Source: Nitrospirota bacterium
GTDB taxonomy: Bacteria; Nitrospirota; UBA9217
Direction of reading: 5' to 3'
Length of the DNA stretch: 64,000 bases
Assembly: GCA_963740085.1 (NCBI GenBank)
Contig: CAVUCU010000003.1
Location: 128,001-192,000 of the forward strand
Under the pieces are notes generated by a model that was not told where the DNA came from, did not search any database, and was given only the letters and a program-made list of their open reading frames with translations. The position numbers and the translations under genes are program-made. Of this stretch, positions 62,067-64,000 are shown piece after piece; the first letter of the stretch is position 1, and every line of letters starts with the position of its first letter.

Positions 62067-63515
62067 ATGAAAGAACTGCTCAAACAGCTTCCGTCAGTGG
62101 ATGATGTGTTGAAGGAAGACAGGACGAAACAGTGGATCGAATCGCATCCCCGCGTGCTCGTACTCGAAGCGATCAGGAGCGCGATCGACGCGAGACGGAC
62201 GGCAATTCTCCAGACCGCGGACAGCAAAACGACCCGAAAGATCGATGATGCGCTTTTTTCCATCGAAGGCGTCCTGAATCACGCAGAAATTATTCTCAAG
62301 GAGCTGTCCGAACCGAGCCTCAGGCCTGTCATCAACGCCACCGGGGTGATCGTTCATACCAACCTCGGCCGTTCCCTGCTGTCGGAGAAGGCCATCCAGC
62401 GGGTTGTCGAGGTCAGCAGGAGCTATTCGAATCTCGAGTACGATATTCCTGCAGGCGAGCGCGGCAAACGGCATGTTCACGTCGAGGGCATCCTGAAGCG
62501 GCTGACGGGCGTCGAGTCCGCCACGGCCGTGAACAACAACGCGGCTGCCGTACTCCTCTGCCTGAACACCCTTGCCCGCGGCAAAGAGGTCGTCGTCTCG
62601 CGCGGAGAGCTCGTCGAGATCGGCGGGTCCTTCCGCGTTCCGGACGTAATGGAGCGGAGCGGCGCTGTCCTTCGCGAGGTGGGGACCACGAACAAGACCC
62701 ATCTCAAGGATTACGAGAAGGCGATCAACGAAAAAACCGGCCTCCTGTTGAAAGTACACACGAGCAATTACAAAATTGTCGGGTTCACCAAAGAAGTCTT
62801 TCCCGAGGAGCTTGCGAAGCTCGGCAAGAAACGCAACGTGCCCGTGATGTGGGACCTGGGCAGCGGCAGCTTCGTGAACCTCAGTACGTACGGGGCAGGC
62901 GACGAACCCACGGTGCAGCAGGCTGTGAATTCCGGCGTGGACGTGCTCACCTTCAGCGGCGACAAGCTGTTGGGCGGGCCGCAGGCAGGCATGATCCTCG
63001 GCAAAAAGGCATACATCGAACCGATCCGCTCCAATCCCCTTGCCCGCGCGCTTCGACTCGATAAAATGACCCTTGCGGCGCTCGACGCCACGCTCAGCCA
63101 GTATCTTGACATGAACCGGGCCATTCGTGAGATCCCCACGCTCTGGATGTTGACCCAGCCGCTTTCCGAGATCAGCCGCAAGGCCGAACTGCTGGCATCG
63201 GGCCTCAGGCAGATCGACAATGCCGGTCTTGCCGTATCGATCCAGGACGACACTTCCCAGAGCGGCGGCGGCGCCCTGCCCACGGGCAATTTCCCCACCA
63301 GGACGGTGTGTGTTCGGCATCCCCGGATGAGCGCGAACCAGATCGAATCCCGCCTGCGCACGGGCAAACCGCACATCATCTCGCGCATCAAGGAAGGGAT
63401 GGTCATCTTCGACCCCCGAACGCTGAAGGATGAAGAGATCGGGAAGATCGTGGAAGCGGTGGGAGAAATAATGCTGGGGTCAGGGGTCAGTAGTCAGGAG
63501 AGCATTAGCCATTAG
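62067..63515 (+). CDS. selA: L-seryl-tRNA(Sec) selenium transferase
   Basis: VINATGVIVHTNLGR, VNNNAAA, SRGELVEIGGSFR, FSGDKLLGGPQAG. Confidence 0.96.
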   Translation: MKELLKQLPSVDDVLKEDRTKQWIESHPRVLVLEAIRSAIDARRTAILQTADSKTTRKIDDALFSIEGVLNHAEIILKELSEPSLRPVINATGVIVHTNLGRSLLSEKAIQRVVEVSRSYSNLEYDIPAGERGKRHVHVEGILKRLTGVESATAVNNNAAAVLLCLNTLARGKEVVVSRGELVEIGGSFRVPDVMERSGAVLREVGTTNKTHLKDYEKAINEKTGLLLKVHTSNYKIVGFTKEVFPEELAKLGKKRNVPVMWDLGSGSFVNLSTYGAGDEPTVQQAVNSGVDVLTFSGDKLLGGPQAGMILGKKAYIEPIRSNPLARALRLDKMTLAALDATLSQYLDMNRAIREIPTLWMLTQPLSEISRKAELLASGLRQIDNAGLAVSIQDDTSQSGGGALPTGNFPTRTVCVRHPRMSANQIESRLRTGKPHIISRIKEGMVIFDPRTLKDEEIGKIVEAVGEIMLGSGVSSQESISH

Positions 63516-63681
63516 CCTCTGCTCATGTTTTCTTCTATCTATCATTGTCGGCCATTCTACTATTGTAACAAAAACTAAAACACTCAATCGTGTCATTGCG
63601 GGCGACCAACGGGAGCGCAGTACTCGCTTCTCGAATCAGCCATACACAAAACGTGCTCAAAATCTACTGACCCCTGACCCC
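63476..63681. repeat. MITE-like element bounded by perfect 18-bp inverted repeats at the selA-selB junction
   Basis: GGGGTCAGGGGTCAGTAG (63476-63493) / CTACTGACCCCTGACCCC (63664-63681). Confidence 0.75.
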
Positions 63682-63696
63682 TGAACCCTGAACTCA

Positions 63697-64000
63697 ATGA
63701 AATACATCATCCTCGGCACTGCCGGACATATCGACCACGGGAAATCAAGCCTTGTCAAGGCCCTCACCGGCACGGACCCGGACCGCCTCAAGGAAGAGAA
63801 GGAACGCGGCATCACCCTTGACCTCGGGTTCGCGTCGCTGGACCTTCCGGGCGGCAACCGCCTCGGCATCGTGGACGTGCCCGGCCACGAAGGGCTCATC
63901 AAGAACATGCTCGCCGGCGTCGGCGGCATGGACATCGTGATGCTCGTGGTCGCCGCGGACGAAGGCATCATGCCCCAGACCCTCGAACATCTTGCCATCT
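63697..64000 (+). CDS. selB: Selenocysteine-specific elongation factor, 5' part (runs off the right edge)
   Basis: Manual translation: [46 protein letters not shown]...IVDVPGHE. Confidence 0.95.
   Translation, partial: MKYIILGTAGHIDHGKSSLVKALTGTDPDRLKEEKERGITLDLGFASLDLPGGNRLGIVDVPGHEGLIKNMLAGVGGMDIVMLVVAADEGIMPQTLEHLAI

Noticed and set aside
63516-63696. Possible tRNA-Sec (selC) or SECIS near selAB, and UGA-recoded selenoproteins in the window
   Set aside because: No cloverleaf is visible. The broken genes are explained by indels rather than in-frame TGA at Cys positions, and the thioredoxin-like protein has CAHC. A tRNAscan-SE run would settle it.

Overview
A 64-kb chromosomal segment of a GC-rich (by eye ~55-58%) bacterium. 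Gene content and intergenic repeat style suggest an anaerobic Nitrospirota or Desulfobacterota-like organism (inference). Left to right: (i) two tandem membrane proteins, each an N-terminal GspE-N/MshEN-like domain fused to DUF202 (YidH/Vtc1-like) repeats; (ii) a 16-kb duplicated sigma-54 regulon with two TauE/SafE-USP operons, two paralogous HK + NtrC-type regulator pairs, three proteins sharing an 'AxFAEAGExxTARxI' motif (one a 56-aa ORF missing from the ORF track), and a Lon protease lacking its N-domain and carrying an intact receiver domain inserted just before Walker A; (iii) a signalling cluster (solute-binding protein, HK, Rcp1-like RR, hybrid HK, REC-HD-GYP), heavily frameshifted in its upstream half; (iv) two complete, divergent six-gene Hyf-like/Ehr complexes in tandem, both lacking the Ni-Fe cysteines, preceded by a third TauE plus DUF1634-like partner; (v) housekeeping glnE, thioesterase and rnr; (vi) an accessory island with a RAYT transposase remnant and an integrase-less attC cassette array; (vii) selA and the start of selB. 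Many gene junctions hold 7-mer or 9-mer inverted-repeat elements. Several single-base indels suggest long-read consensus errors. The best candidates for an undescribed system are the REC-Lon / FAEAGE-motif / TauE-USP locus, the MshEN-like DUF202x3 pair and the tandem Ehr complexes. All family assignments come from motif recognition, not database searches.
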